Positions 49,297 through 59,872 of a stretch of 64,000 bases of DNA are shown one piece after another. The translations under genes and the position numbers were made by a program. Numbering within the stretch: position 1 is the stretch's first letter; the number at the start of each line of letters is the position of its first letter. The notes under the pieces were generated by a model, which saw only the letters and a program-made list of their open reading frames with translations, made no database searches and was not told the origin of the DNA. This DNA comes from an uncultured Clostridia bacterium (GTDB taxonomy: Bacteria; Acidobacteriota; Aminicenantia; UBA2199), in contig CAYRAO010000001.1 in the NCBI GenBank assembly GCA_964422395.1, forward strand, positions 73,530 to 137,529. The letters are read 5' to 3'.

Positions 49297-49566
49297 ATGG
49301 CAGAGAAAAAAAAGAAAGATAATTCAAAAAAAGAAGAATTCATTCTAAACGGTAGCGAGATAATTGATAAAATAAAAGAATTAATTCACCAAGGTAATAT
49401 AAGAAGGATCATAATTAAAAATGAAGAAAAAAGAACTCTTGTGGAAATACCGCTCACACTTGGAGTTGTCGGAGTTGCGATTGCTCCGGTTCTTGCAGCA
49501 GTGGGAGCTATAGCGGCACTTGTAACCAGAATGACAATTGTAGTTGAAAAAATTGATGATAAATAA
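49297..49566 (+). CDS. DUF4342 family small protein
   Basis: GNIRRIIIKNEEKRTLVEIPLTLGVVGVAIAPVLAAVGAIAALVT matches the remembered DUF4342 pattern. GAGGTGA RBS. Confidence 0.55.
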   Translation: MAEKKKKDNSKKEEFILNGSEIIDKIKELIHQGNIRRIIIKNEEKRTLVEIPLTLGVVGVAIAPVLAAVGAIAALVTRMTIVVEKIDDK

Positions 49567-49675
49567 GTGAAAAATTTTCTAACATGGAATCCATTTTCAA
49601 AAAAACTTTTTATTAAATAATTTTTTTTATCGGTATTTGTTGACAGATTTGGATTCTTAATATTAAATAGTTCTC

Positions 49676-50695
49676 ATGAGTGTATACGAAGAAATTATTG
49701 AACGTGAAGAAAGATTACACGATAAAGCTACAAAGAGTAAAAACTCAAAAAGAAAAATAAGCGAAGATTCTTCTCCGGTTAGAACGGAATTTCAAAGAGA
49801 CAGAGATAGGATACTACACTCAAAATCTTTCAGAAGGCTTAAACACAAAACGCAGGTTTTTATTTCACCTGAAGGAGACCATTTCCGTACTCGACTGACC
49901 CACACACTCGAAGTCAGCCAGATAAGCAGAACCATATCAAAAGCTTTAAACTTAAATGAAGAACTTTCGGAAGCAATAGCCCTCGGACATGATTTGGGTC
50001 ACACACCCTTCGGTCACATGGGAGAGAAAATACTATCCGAACTTTCCGAAAACGGATTCAAGCACTATGAACAAAGTTTAAGAGTAGTTGAGAAACTCGA
50101 ATATAGCGGTAAAGGACTCAACCTTACCGACAAAGTGAGAGAAGGGATAGTAAAACATTCAAAAGGGCTTGGAGATATCATATCGGAGGCAAATTCTCAA
50201 ATGCCGTCAACTTTGGAAGGGCAGGTTGTTAGGATTTCAGATATTATTGCTTATGTCAATCATGATCTTGATGATTCTATTCGTGCGGGAATAATTTCGG
50301 ATAATTCAATTCCAAATTCAATAAAGAGAAAATTGGGGAGAGATTTTGCAGGAAGAATTGATACTATCGTTAATGATGTCATACACAAAACACGAGAAAC
50401 AAATCTCAATTTCATTACAATGTCCGATGAAATATATAAAGAGTTAATCCTATTAAGAGAATTCCTTTACGATAAAGTTTATTTAAGAAAGGAATCGGAA
50501 GGAGAACGGAACAAAATAGGATTCATCTTGAGATCCCTCTTTAACCATATTGGTAAAAATCCTGCAAAATTTATAAATAAATTTCCTGAGAATGACAGTA
50601 CTAACAGAAGAATTATAGATTTCATTGCAGGTATGACCGATAATTTTGCATTAAATCTTTTCAAATCATTCATTCTACCGAAGAATATCTATTAA
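49676..50695 (+). CDS. dGTP triphosphohydrolase-like HD-domain phosphohydrolase
   Basis: RDRDRILHSKSFRRL...RTRLTHTLEVSQI...HDLGHTPFGH: the HD motif of the dGTPase family. Confidence 0.8.
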   Translation: MSVYEEIIEREERLHDKATKSKNSKRKISEDSSPVRTEFQRDRDRILHSKSFRRLKHKTQVFISPEGDHFRTRLTHTLEVSQISRTISKALNLNEELSEAIALGHDLGHTPFGHMGEKILSELSENGFKHYEQSLRVVEKLEYSGKGLNLTDKVREGIVKHSKGLGDIISEANSQMPSTLEGQVVRISDIIAYVNHDLDDSIRAGIISDNSIPNSIKRKLGRDFAGRIDTIVNDVIHKTRETNLNFITMSDEIYKELILLREFLYDKVYLRKESEGERNKIGFILRSLFNHIGKNPAKFINKFPENDSTNRRIIDFIAGMTDNFALNLFKSFILPKNIY

Positions 50696-50792
50696 CTTTC
50701 ATTTGATCTTACAAAAGATAAATAACTTAATGCAACTATTATAAAACCGTTATAAAAAAAATATGATATAATCTTTTTTCTAAGGAGTTTTT

Positions 50793-52745
50793 ATGACTAC
50801 TGAGACTACTATAAATGAGAATAAGGGGAAATTTTTTCTTACAACTCCGATATATTACGTGAATGATGTCCCCCATATCGGGCATGCTTACACTACCATA
50901 ATGGCTGATGTGATAAAAAGATACAAATCAATGCAGGGATACGATGTGTTTTTCTTAACCGGCACTGATGAACACGGGCAGAAAATTGAAAAAAACGCTC
51001 AGGCAAAAGGTATAACACCCAAGGAGCTTGCCGATAGTGTCGTTGTCAGATTCAAAGAACTATGGGAAAGATTAAATGTAAAATATGATAAATTTATCAG
51101 AACTACCGATGATTATCACATTGATGGAGTAAAGAAAATATTTAAAAAAGTTCAGGATAAAGGAGACATATACTTCGGCGACTACAAGGGACATTACTGT
51201 GTATCTTGTGAGAGTTTCGTCTCCGAAACAGCCGAAGACACACCTTCCGGAAATAAAATTTGTCCGGACTGTGAAAAGGAGACGGGGAAAGTAGTGGAAA
51301 AATGTTACTTCTTTAAACTCTCCGCTTACCAAAACAAACTTTTGAAGTTCTATGATGATAATCCCGATTTTATTCAGCCACGATCAAGGATGAATGAAGT
51401 AAAATCTTTTGTAAATTCAGGATTAAAGGACTTGAGCATAACCAGATCAACCGTGACATGGGGTATTCCGATTCCTGATGACGAGGAACAAACCGTTTAC
51501 GTTTGGTTTGATGCCCTTACAAATTATATAACCGGAATCAATTATCTTGAAGAAGATGCAACTTTTAAAAAAATGTGGCCTGCAGATCTGCACATTATGG
51601 CAAAAGATATTCTAAAGTTCCATGCGGTTTACTGGCTTGCTTTCCTAATGTCTGCAGAACTTCCTTTACCTAAGAAAGAACTTATTCACGGTTGGTGGTT
51701 GAAAGATAAGAAAAAGATGTCCAAATCAATAGGAAATGTACTTGATCCCAATGTACTCTTCGACCATTTCAATTCGGACGCAATTAGATATTTTTTGATG
51801 AGAGAGGCTCCAATTGGTGCCGATGGAAATTTTTCTCATCAAGCATTCATCAATAGAGTAAATACCGATCTTTCAAATGACTGGGGAAACCTGATCTCGA
51901 GAACCGGAGGAATGATAGAGAAATATCTTTGCAATGAGTTTACTTTAAAATATACTTCAGGAGACAAAGAAAAAGAAATTGAGAATAGATATAACGAACT
52001 TGAAAAAACAGTGATCGCTTTTTTTGACGAATACAAGTTCAACAGAGGTATTGAGGAAATTTTTAAATTTATAGGATATTTGAACAGATACATTGTCGAA
52101 AAACAACCATGGTCTTTGGCAAAAGATGAATCAAAGAAGGTGGAATTGGAGATTGTACTTCATACTCTCGTTAAAGGTATACTGAGTGTGAACTCTCTCC
52201 TTTATCCCGTCATACCCGAAACATCCGAAACCGTATCAAAAATTTTCAACAACAGATCAATCGGTTTCGGTTGGAAGAAAACCGAAGGCAGATTCACAAT
52301 AGACAAAGTTTCTCAGCTTTTCCCGAGAGTTGATATTAAAACTTTTCTTGAATCGGGAGAATCAAGTTCAGCAAAAAAAGAGAATGACGGTAAAACGGAG
52401 GAAAAGGATATGAATGAGGGTTTGATCGGATTTGAAGAATTTAAAAAAGTTGAAATGGTTATTGCACTTGTAAAAGAAGCTGAAAAGATAGAAAATACAG
52501 ATAAATTGCTAAAGCTAAAAGTAGATACGGTTGAAGATGAAAGAACAATTGTGGCGGGGATTGCTAACTATTATTCACCAAAGGATCTTATCGGTAGAAA
52601 AATAATTATTGTAAAGAATCTTAAACCTGCAAAACTTAGAGGAGTTCTTTCACAAGGTATGATCCTCGCAGCATCGGACAAGGACGGAAGACCCTATGTT
52701 CCGATAATACCGGAAGAAACTCCTGTCGGAGCTATATTAAAATAA
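50793..52745 (+). CDS. metG: Methionine--tRNA ligase with a C-terminal tRNA-binding (EMAP/Trbp111-like) domain
   Basis: HIGH (PHIGHAYT) and KMSKS motifs. A zinc knuckle cysteine region. AAGGAG RBS. Confidence 0.95.
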   Translation: MTTETTINENKGKFFLTTPIYYVNDVPHIGHAYTTIMADVIKRYKSMQGYDVFFLTGTDEHGQKIEKNAQAKGITPKELADSVVVRFKELWERLNVKYDKFIRTTDDYHIDGVKKIFKKVQDKGDIYFGDYKGHYCVSCESFVSETAEDTPSGNKICPDCEKETGKVVEKCYFFKLSAYQNKLLKFYDDNPDFIQPRSRMNEVKSFVNSGLKDLSITRSTVTWGIPIPDDEEQTVYVWFDALTNYITGINYLEEDATFKKMWPADLHIMAKDILKFHAVYWLAFLMSAELPLPKKELIHGWWLKDKKKMSKSIGNVLDPNVLFDHFNSDAIRYFLMREAPIGADGNFSHQAFINRVNTDLSNDWGNLISRTGGMIEKYLCNEFTLKYTSGDKEKEIENRYNELEKTVIAFFDEYKFNRGIEEIFKFIGYLNRYIVEKQPWSLAKDESKKVELEIVLHTLVKGILSVNSLLYPVIPETSETVSKIFNNRSIGFGWKKTEGRFTIDKVSQLFPRVDIKTFLESGESSSAKKENDGKTEEKDMNEGLIGFEEFKKVEMVIALVKEAEKIENTDKLLKLKVDTVEDERTIVAGIANYYSPKDLIGRKIIIVKNLKPAKLRGVLSQGMILAASDKDGRPYVPIIPEETPVGAILK

Positions 52746-52761
52746 ATTTCAGGAGAAAAAA

Positions 52762-53040
52762 ATGATAGAAGTAAATGAATACTATGAAGGGAAAATCAAA
52801 AGTCTTGGAAATTCCGTTAAAGGTGAGAAATTTACAGTCGGGGTAATGGAATCTGGAGAATACACTTTCGGAACAAATACCGTGGAGATCATGGAAATTA
52901 TTTTCGGAGAAATGGATGCTATCCTTCCGGACGGAGTAAAAAAAACATATAAAAAAGGAGATTCTTTTCAAGTTGAGAAAAATGTTGATTTTACAGTAAT
53001 TATAAAAGAACCGGTGTCATATCTTTGTCTCTATAAATAA
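52762..53040 (+). CDS. ppnP: Pyrimidine/purine nucleoside phosphorylase PpnP (DUF1255 cupin)
   Basis: A 92-aa small cupin; VNEYYEGKIKS...GEYTFGT pattern. Confidence 0.7.
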   Translation: MIEVNEYYEGKIKSLGNSVKGEKFTVGVMESGEYTFGTNTVEIMEIIFGEMDAILPDGVKKTYKKGDSFQVEKNVDFTVIIKEPVSYLCLYK

Positions 53041-53049
53041 ATTTCTAAT

Positions 53050-53814
53050 TCAAATAAAAGGTTTTATAATTGATGCTATAGCAATTAAAAATAGTAGTGT
53101 CTCCATATATTTCTCAAGTATTTTTTTAGAAAAATTATCACCGAATTTTAGTCCGCACCATGTCCCGAAAACAACAAAAGGTGATAAAACCAGTGAATAT
53201 AACAATGGTGAACAGAGCGTATATCCGAACAATACCATCATGGTTGCTATCTGAAAAGGGGCAAAAAAAAGAGAAAAATAGATCACAGCGGAACGCATTT
53301 TTCTATTATCCCACTTCTGTGCTAAAACCCACAGTACGGCAGGTGGTCCTCCGACATTTGCAAATCCATTTAAAATACCGGAAATAAATCCGGCAATAAA
53401 TGTCCACACGCTTTTAACCTTGTCCGCGGATTTTAGTACATTTGACCATCTTAGCATAAGCATTAACAGTATAAGAAACCCTATCAACTGTTTCACAAAA
53501 GATTGTTGAAACCCCGATACTTTAAACATAAAGTATAAACCTATAGGAAGTCCGATCAAACCGGAAATAATCAGTGGGGAGAGTTCTTTATGATCTATTA
53601 TTTTCTTGAAGTATCTGATACCGATTATTTTTTGAATTGAAGAACCGAGTATTATTATGATGACGGCTTCCTGTAGTTTAAATTTAAAAAAAAGTAGAAT
53701 CGGTAATGAAAACAATCCGAACCCGAATCCTGCTGAACTCTGAATAAATCCCCCGAGGAAAAGGACAATAGAAACTTTAAAAAGGAGGAAAAGACTCAAT
53801 TCACTTGCTCTCAC
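53050..53814 (-). CDS. TauE/SafE family sulfite/anion exporter (DUF81)
   Basis: About 8 TM segments. Gly-rich GGFIQSSAGFGFGLFSLPILL. Confidence 0.6.
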   Translation of the reverse strand: MRASELSLFLLFKVSIVLFLGGFIQSSAGFGFGLFSLPILLFFKFKLQEAVIIIILGSSIQKIIGIRYFKKIIDHKELSPLIISGLIGLPIGLYFMFKVSGFQQSFVKQLIGFLILLMLMLRWSNVLKSADKVKSVWTFIAGFISGILNGFANVGGPPAVLWVLAQKWDNRKMRSAVIYFSLFFAPFQIATMMVLFGYTLCSPLLYSLVLSPFVVFGTWCGLKFGDNFSKKILEKYMETLLFLIAIASIIKPFI

Positions 53815-54547
53815 CAGAAAGGAAAACTTCTTTTATAAAAGTATCAAATCCGTATTCTTCAAGAAATCTTTTCAAATTTTCAGCTTCTTCCCTTGTATCA
53901 ATTCCGTCGGACAGTACTTTGTAGTAACCGTCTTCAAATACAACACTGAATTTCACATTACCGGAACTATCATTGAGACGGGAAACAAGAGACTCTGCAT
54001 TTTCACTTTTTCCAAAAGCTCCTGCTTGAAGATAAAACCGTGATTTGTGAGAGTATTCAAGTTTTCTTACAACTATCTTTTTTTTCGACCCGTTGTTATT
54101 AATAAGATCTACAATTCTTAAAACGACCGGTGCCGTACCGATCTCATCCATACCCAATGAAATAGCTGCTTTGTATGAAAGATCAATTATTCTATCTTTA
54201 ACAAACGGACCTCTATCGTTTATCCTTACAAGTACCCTTTTTCTGTTTTTTAAGTTTTCCACCTCAACTATCGTGTTAAACGGAAGTTCCTGATGTGCCG
54301 CAGTTAGTTTATACATGTCATATATCTCACCGTTAGAAGTTCTTCTCCCGTTAAATTTTCCTCCGTACCATGAAGCTATACCGACCTGATAAAAGCTTTC
54401 ATCAGATTTATTTGAACTGTTTTTACGAAAATTCCTCGTGTCATAATCCGCACCAACGGAATCGGAAGGGAGGGATAACACTTTAGGTGCTTGAGAACAA
54501 TTTACAACCATAACAACAACGAAAATAATTGTAATTATCTTTATCAT
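53801..54547 (-). CDS. rlpA: Septal ring lytic transglycosylase RlpA family protein with a C-terminal SPOR domain
   Basis: DPBB motif GIASWYGGKFNGRRTSNGE...VRINDRGPF. SPOR-like C-terminus. Confidence 0.85.
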   Translation of the reverse strand: MIKIITIIFVVVMVVNCSQAPKVLSLPSDSVGADYDTRNFRKNSSNKSDESFYQVGIASWYGGKFNGRRTSNGEIYDMYKLTAAHQELPFNTIVEVENLKNRKRVLVRINDRGPFVKDRIIDLSYKAAISLGMDEIGTAPVVLRIVDLINNNGSKKKIVVRKLEYSHKSRFYLQAGAFGKSENAESLVSRLNDSSGNVKFSVVFEDGYYKVLSDGIDTREEAENLKRFLEEYGFDTFIKEVFLSGESK

Positions 54548-54680
54548 TTAAAAATTATATCAGATACAAGTTTTATTACCAAAAACATCTTTTCAACAAT
54601 TGTAGTATTTTTTACGTATCTGTTGACATAGCAACTTTTATGTGATAGTTTTAGCAATAATGGATAAGAAGGTGACATAA

Positions 54681-54959
54681 TTGCCAATTTATGAGTATAA
54701 ATGCAAAGAGTGCGATAAAATATTTGATGTCTTGCAAAAAATAAATTCCGATCCTGTGGAAAAGTGCATACATTGTGGCGGAAAGGTTGAGAAACTCATC
54801 TCCGCTTCTTCTTTTCAGTTTAAAGGAAGTGGTTGGTATGTAACCGACTACAAAAAAAGCAAATCGGACGGAAAGAAAAAAGAGGAATCATTTCCGATGA
54901 CAAACAAGAGTAACAAAATTAAAACGGAACAAGGTAATGAAAAAAAAAATATTGCATAA
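54681..54959 (+). CDS. FmdB-family zinc-ribbon protein
   Basis: MPIYEYKCKECDKIFDV...CIHCGG: CxxC...CxxC. TTG start. Confidence 0.7.
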   Translation: MPIYEYKCKECDKIFDVLQKINSDPVEKCIHCGGKVEKLISASSFQFKGSGWYVTDYKKSKSDGKKKEESFPMTNKSNKIKTEQGNEKKNIA

Positions 54960-55010
54960 AATAAGCCTTTCCATCTCTCCCCCCTTAATATAAATACATA
55001 TCTCCCACCA

Positions 55011-55054
55011 AAACAGATCAGGCCCCCCGCTAAACGGGGGGCCCCTGCCTGTTT
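55011..55054. other. GC-rich structured element: a 9-bp perfect GC stem (GGCCCCCCG/CGGGGGGCC, loop CTAAA) extended by an outer AAACAG/CTGTTT stem
   Basis: Seen directly in the sequence. It lies in a 187-nt spacer and is flanked upstream by C-rich tracts. There is no clean U-tract on either side. Confidence 0.4.
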
Positions 55055-55146
55055 GGCTGTGCAACTTACCTTGTGAATTGACAGATTACATTTAAAATGA
55101 GAAAATCTTTTCTTATGAAACGGAGAAAAGTACACCAATAAACATA

Positions 55147-55335
55147 ATGAATCCGATAGACGAAAAACTTCTTGATATCCTTGTTTGTCCGGTATGTAAA
55201 TCTTCAGTAAAAATCCATAAAACAAATAAGGATAGCATTGGACTTAAATGCACAAGATGTAAAAGGATATATCCGATACAAGACGGTATTCCGGTAATGA
55301 TTGAATCCGAGGCTATTATAGAGGATAAAATTTAA
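55147..55335 (+). CDS. Trm112 family protein
   Basis: LDILVCPVCK...LKCTRCKRIYPIQDGIPVM: a typical Trm112/YcaR zinc-finger-like signature. Confidence 0.8.
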   Translation: MNPIDEKLLDILVCPVCKSSVKIHKTNKDSIGLKCTRCKRIYPIQDGIPVMIESEAIIEDKI

Positions 55336-55346
55336 GAGAACAGTAA

Positions 55347-56525
55347 ATGATATTCAATACGATATTAGATAAAAAAGAGACATTTACGATAAAATTTTCC
55401 TTTATTTTAATTCTTTTTTTTTTATTTTCAATTAATTTTTCCATTGCTTTGTGTTACATTTCTTTTTTAATCCTCATTATCACCGCTTCATTTCAATATT
55501 TTAAAAATAAAAGCAAATTAAAGTTACCTCCATACTTCAAATTCCTTATATTATTTTCTTTGCTAACTCTTATATCAACGATCTTCTCAATTGATAAAAT
55601 GGCAAGTATAAAAGATAACAAAGAACTATTCATATATTTACTGATACCGATTTTCATACTAATTATAAAGAAGACATCAATGTTACTGATATCAATTTAT
55701 ACCGTTTTTATTTCTGCAATATTATCCTCAATAATAGGTATAGCAATATCACTTCATGAAGGAGTATCACTTTCTCACCGGTTAAAAGGGTTTAGTTCAC
55801 ATTGGATGACATATTCTGGACTCCTCATGATGACATTTGTTTTCTTTACAGTATTCAATACTTACGAAAAAAATATTAAGAAAAGAACACTCGTCTTTCT
55901 GTTTCTTATTCCGATTATGATATCAATTCTTCTATCCCTTACCCGATCTGCCTGGATAGGAACATTTGTCTCATTAGGTATTTTTGGAGTTTATTTTTTT
56001 AGAAACCGCATAAAGGTTCTAATTTTCCCTACAATAATTTTAATTTTAATATTCATCTTTTTGCCCGGCTCGGTTAAAGCAAGATTTTTTTCAATATTCG
56101 ATTTAAACAATGTTACAACCAAGGATAGACTTTACATGGCTTATACAACGATGGAGATCATTAAAGAATACCCATTAACAGGAGTAGGTCCCGATAATGT
56201 TAAAAAAGTTTATCCCGATTATAGACATAAAGATGCAAAAAAGAACAACCCCCACCTTCATAATAATTTTTTTCAAATTATAGCCGAAAGAGGTATATTT
56301 ACCATGCTCTCATTTACAGCTTTTCTAATTTGTATTCCGATCGGTCTTGTCAGAAAAATTCGAGGCGGGACTACCCTTGAGAAAAGAATTTCATCTTCGG
56401 TATTTTTTGCAGTCATTGCATTTGTAACAGCCGGAATGTTTGAATACAACTTCGGTGATGCAGAGATAAAATTTCTTTTCCTGTTTTTTATCTCCCTTCC
56501 CTATATAAATATGTTTGAACCCTAA
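55347..56525 (+). CDS. O-antigen ligase (Wzy_C)-family polytopic membrane protein
   Basis: About 10 to 12 TM segments with a large loop containing the LTRSAWIG region typical of Wzy_C. Confidence 0.5.
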   Translation: MIFNTILDKKETFTIKFSFILILFFLFSINFSIALCYISFLILIITASFQYFKNKSKLKLPPYFKFLILFSLLTLISTIFSIDKMASIKDNKELFIYLLIPIFILIIKKTSMLLISIYTVFISAILSSIIGIAISLHEGVSLSHRLKGFSSHWMTYSGLLMMTFVFFTVFNTYEKNIKKRTLVFLFLIPIMISILLSLTRSAWIGTFVSLGIFGVYFFRNRIKVLIFPTIILILIFIFLPGSVKARFFSIFDLNNVTTKDRLYMAYTTMEIIKEYPLTGVGPDNVKKVYPDYRHKDAKKNNPHLHNNFFQIIAERGIFTMLSFTAFLICIPIGLVRKIRGGTTLEKRISSSVFFAVIAFVTAGMFEYNFGDAEIKFLFLFFISLPYINMFEP

Positions 56526-56678
56526 AAAGATAGAAGGTTAATTCAAATTAGATACATGCACAATTATTGAATTGATTAAAAAAACTCGGCAATTCGGTTA
56601 TAAAGTAATATAAGTTTAAATATAACAATTGATGTTTTTTTGATTGCATTTTTTTTTTTTCTTTTCTATCATTAGAAA

Positions 56679-59600
56679 ATGAGATATATTCTTTCTCTGA
56701 AAAACAGACGTTTTGTACATGCAATTATCATACTATTTCTATGTTTTACTTTTTCATCTCTTGCCGTATTCCCTCTTAGTCCGAACAAAAAAGTACACTC
56801 TTATCTTCTGTCAAAATGGGACGTTAGCGACGGTCTACCCAATAATTCTGTAAAATCCATTATTCAAACCAAGGATCACTATCTATGGCTTGGAACCGAA
56901 AGAGGTTTGGTCAGATTCGACGGAATAAAATTTACTATATTCAGTCCGATGGTAAGAAATAACAAAACCGTGACTCTCTTGGAAGATAGCAAGAATAATC
57001 TTTACTTCGGAACAAGGGGAGGGGGGCTCGGTAAGATAAGTGGCGGTAAGATCGAACACTTTTATAAAGAAGACGGGGCAAATGAAAACTGTATCCTTTC
57101 ACTTTTCGAGGATTCGAAGAAAAATATCTGGATAAGTACTTTTTTCGGACTTTCAAAGATTAATTCAAAAGGTTCCATATCTAATTTTGATATTTCCGAT
57201 AATTTTAAAGATAAGACTTTCACAGCAATTGCAGAGACTACTGATGGGAGAATATGGTTAGGCAGTGATCATAACGGCATATATTCAATCTCAGGAGATA
57301 TTATTAACCACTATTCCATAAAAAGATTCCCATCTAATATCTCAATAAAAACTTTTCTCGTTGATCATAAAGGGAAACTATGGGTCGGTACAAAAGGACG
57401 TGGAATTGCTTATTTGCGTGATAATAAGTTTATTCCATATGAAAAAAATTCTCTCTTGTCCGGAAAAGTTGTGTTCTCATTGTTTGAAGATAGTGATGAG
57501 AATATCTGGATAGGTACAACAAAAGGGCTAAACAGAATGTCCGACGGCAACATAAACAGATGGAACAGCAGTTCCGTTATGTCAAAGATAATTGTTGAAT
57601 CAATAACCGAAGATCATGAAAAGAGTCTATGGATAGGTACAAATAACTCTGGACTATTTAGACTACAGGATGGAAAATTCGATTCATTGTCTACAATCGA
57701 CGGTCTTAGTGATAACAGAGTGACATGTGTTTTTGAAGACAGTAGAGGAGGAATTTGGATAGGAACTAATGGTAACGGTCTAAATCATATTAGTTCTCTT
57801 AAAAACGGAACAGTAAAGATCTTAAGTTCAAAAGACGGTATATTAAGTGATTTCATATCCTCTTCATGTGAAGATTCCGAAGGTGATATATGGATTGGAA
57901 CGGATAAAGGTATAACGATTATTGACAAACTAACATTATCGGTAAAAAAAAACATTTTCGATAAGAAAACACTCCCGAATAATGAGATCAATGTCCTTTA
58001 TCGAGGAATAAAAGGAGATGTCTGGGCAGGAACCATAGGCGGCGGATTAGTTCACTTTTCGGAAGACAAAACAACCGTCTACTCAACAAAAGACGGTCTC
58101 TCGAATGATTTTATCCATGCAATTTACCAAGATAAGGATGAAGTTATATGGATAGGTACCCATGGTGGTGGAGTAGATCGTTTATTAAACGGAAGTTTCA
58201 CTAATTATAATTCAAACTCCGGACTGATAAACAACTTTGTATTTACCATTACCGGTGATGAAGAAGGAAATATATGGCTTGGAACGGGTGGAGGATTAAG
58301 CCTAATAAAAAAAAACAGAATGACCCCTTTAAATGATGATTCACTCCTATTTTCGAATACGATCCACAAAATTTTCTTTGATAACAACAACTTATGGCTC
58401 ACATCTAATATCGGACTTTTTAAAATTGAAAAAGCGGATTTGGAAAAATACTTTAAAAAGATTTACAATAAAATACCTTTTAGGTTATTTGATTCGAAGG
58501 ATGGGTTAAACAGTGATGAATGTATAGGAGGAATTCAACCTGCAGGATACAAATCACTTTCAGGAAAACTTTTGATCCCGACAACCAGAGGTATTGCCAT
58601 CTTTGATCCTAAAATCAATTCCGGAAACAATTTACCACCGAAAGTTTATATCGAAAAAGTTGAAACAAACCATCCATATCTTCTAAAAAAAGGATTGGCA
58701 ATTTTCCCTTCAAATACAAAGAAAGTAAAATTCCATTTTACCGCTCTAAGCTTATTAGTACCTGAGAGAATTAAATTTAAAGTAAAATTAAGTGGATTTG
58801 ATAAGGACTGGGTAGAGATAAAAGATTCACGAAACAGATCTATTTCGTATACAAACCTTTCCGCCGGAAAATATAGTTTTAGTGTGGCTGCGACAAACAG
58901 TGACGGAGTTTGGACTGACAATAGAGCTGTTTTTAACTTTATGATCAAATCACATTTTTATTCCTCCCCTATTTTTCAAGCAATATTAGGGATACTCGCA
59001 ATAGCTCTATTTATCTATTTCTATTCGGTGAGAATAAAGCAGGTTAGAAAATATGAATCCGAATTACAAAATATTGTTGACGAACGGACAAAAGAATTGA
59101 GATTATCCAATATAAGATTAACAGAAGCAAATGAACAGAAAAGTGAACTTCTAAGCATGGCTGCACATGATCTGAAAAATCCTTTGCAAGCCATTATAGG
59201 CTTCTCGGAATTAATAAGTCTAATGAAGGAATGTCCGGACAACGTTAAAAAAAATTCTCACCTGATACTGGAAGCTTCAAGGGGAATGTTGGAAACTATT
59301 AACAACACCCTTAACACAACGGTCATTAAGGAAGGAAAAGTAACAACTTCAAATAAGGAAATTATCGATTTAACGGAATTATCTCGACTTATTGTAGATA
59401 TCTATTCGGAATTTGCAAAAAAGAAGAATCAGATAGTTATAACACGCTTCTGGAGTAATTGTTATATTAAAGGAGAGAAAGAAAGGATCAAAATAGTTGT
59501 TGAAAACCTTCTAAGTAATGCAATTAAATACTCTCCGTTAAATAAAAACATTATCTTATCCGTCGAGAAATCGGGAAAAAATATAATTATCTCCGTTAAA

Positions 59601-59837
59601 GATGAAGGTAGCGGATTCTCAGATGAAGACAAGAAAAAGATATTTGAAAAATTTAGGAGATTGAGTTCCAAGCCTACCGGTGGGGAATCATCAACCGGTA
59701 TCGGTCTTTCGATTGTAAAAAAGATAGTTGAAATGCATAACGGAAAAATATGGCTTGAAAGCAAAGCCGGTGAAGGTTCCATATTCTTTGTATCATTTCC
59801 GGCAGTTGATCCTGTTGACACCTGGAAAGTGAAGTGA
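56679..59837 (+). CDS. Sensor histidine kinase with a periplasmic two-component-regulator propeller (Reg_prop) and Y_Y_Y domain; no receiver domain
   Basis: Repeated propeller blades (WIGT/WLGT motifs). Y_Y_Y region. A TM segment. HisKA AAHDLKNPL. HATPase_c G-boxes (DEGSGF, GIGLSIV). Confidence 0.8.
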   Translation: MRYILSLKNRRFVHAIIILFLCFTFSSLAVFPLSPNKKVHSYLLSKWDVSDGLPNNSVKSIIQTKDHYLWLGTERGLVRFDGIKFTIFSPMVRNNKTVTLLEDSKNNLYFGTRGGGLGKISGGKIEHFYKEDGANENCILSLFEDSKKNIWISTFFGLSKINSKGSISNFDISDNFKDKTFTAIAETTDGRIWLGSDHNGIYSISGDIINHYSIKRFPSNISIKTFLVDHKGKLWVGTKGRGIAYLRDNKFIPYEKNSLLSGKVVFSLFEDSDENIWIGTTKGLNRMSDGNINRWNSSSVMSKIIVESITEDHEKSLWIGTNNSGLFRLQDGKFDSLSTIDGLSDNRVTCVFEDSRGGIWIGTNGNGLNHISSLKNGTVKILSSKDGILSDFISSSCEDSEGDIWIGTDKGITIIDKLTLSVKKNIFDKKTLPNNEINVLYRGIKGDVWAGTIGGGLVHFSEDKTTVYSTKDGLSNDFIHAIYQDKDEVIWIGTHGGGVDRLLNGSFTNYNSNSGLINNFVFTITGDEEGNIWLGTGGGLSLIKKNRMTPLNDDSLLFSNTIHKIFFDNNNLWLTSNIGLFKIEKADLEKYFKKIYNKIPFRLFDSKDGLNSDECIGGIQPAGYKSLSGKLLIPTTRGIAIFDPKINSGNNLPPKVYIEKVETNHPYLLKKGLAIFPSNTKKVKFHFTALSLLVPERIKFKVKLSGFDKDWVEIKDSRNRSISYTNLSAGKYSFSVAATNSDGVWTDNRAVFNFMIKSHFYSSPIFQAILGILAIALFIYFYSVRIKQVRKYESELQNIVDERTKELRLSNIRLTEANEQKSELLSMAAHDLKNPLQAIIGFSELISLMKECPDNVKKNSHLILEASRGMLETINNTLNTTVIKEGKVTTSNKEIIDLTELSRLIVDIYSEFAKKKNQIVITRFWSNCYIKGEKERIKIVVENLLSNAIKYSPLNKNIILSVEKSGKNIIISVKDEGSGFSDEDKKKIFEKFRRLSSKPTGGESSTGIGLSIVKKIVEMHNGKIWLESKAGEGSIFFVSFPAVDPVDTWKVK

Positions 59838-59872
59838 TAGAATACATTTTGCTTTAAACAGGAAACATAATA

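Noticed and set aside
55021-55043. The GC hairpin as a plain Rho-independent terminator of fmdB.
   Set aside because: No U-tract follows on the plus strand, and only a short TGTTTT follows on the minus strand. It is therefore listed as a structured element of uncertain function rather than called a terminator.
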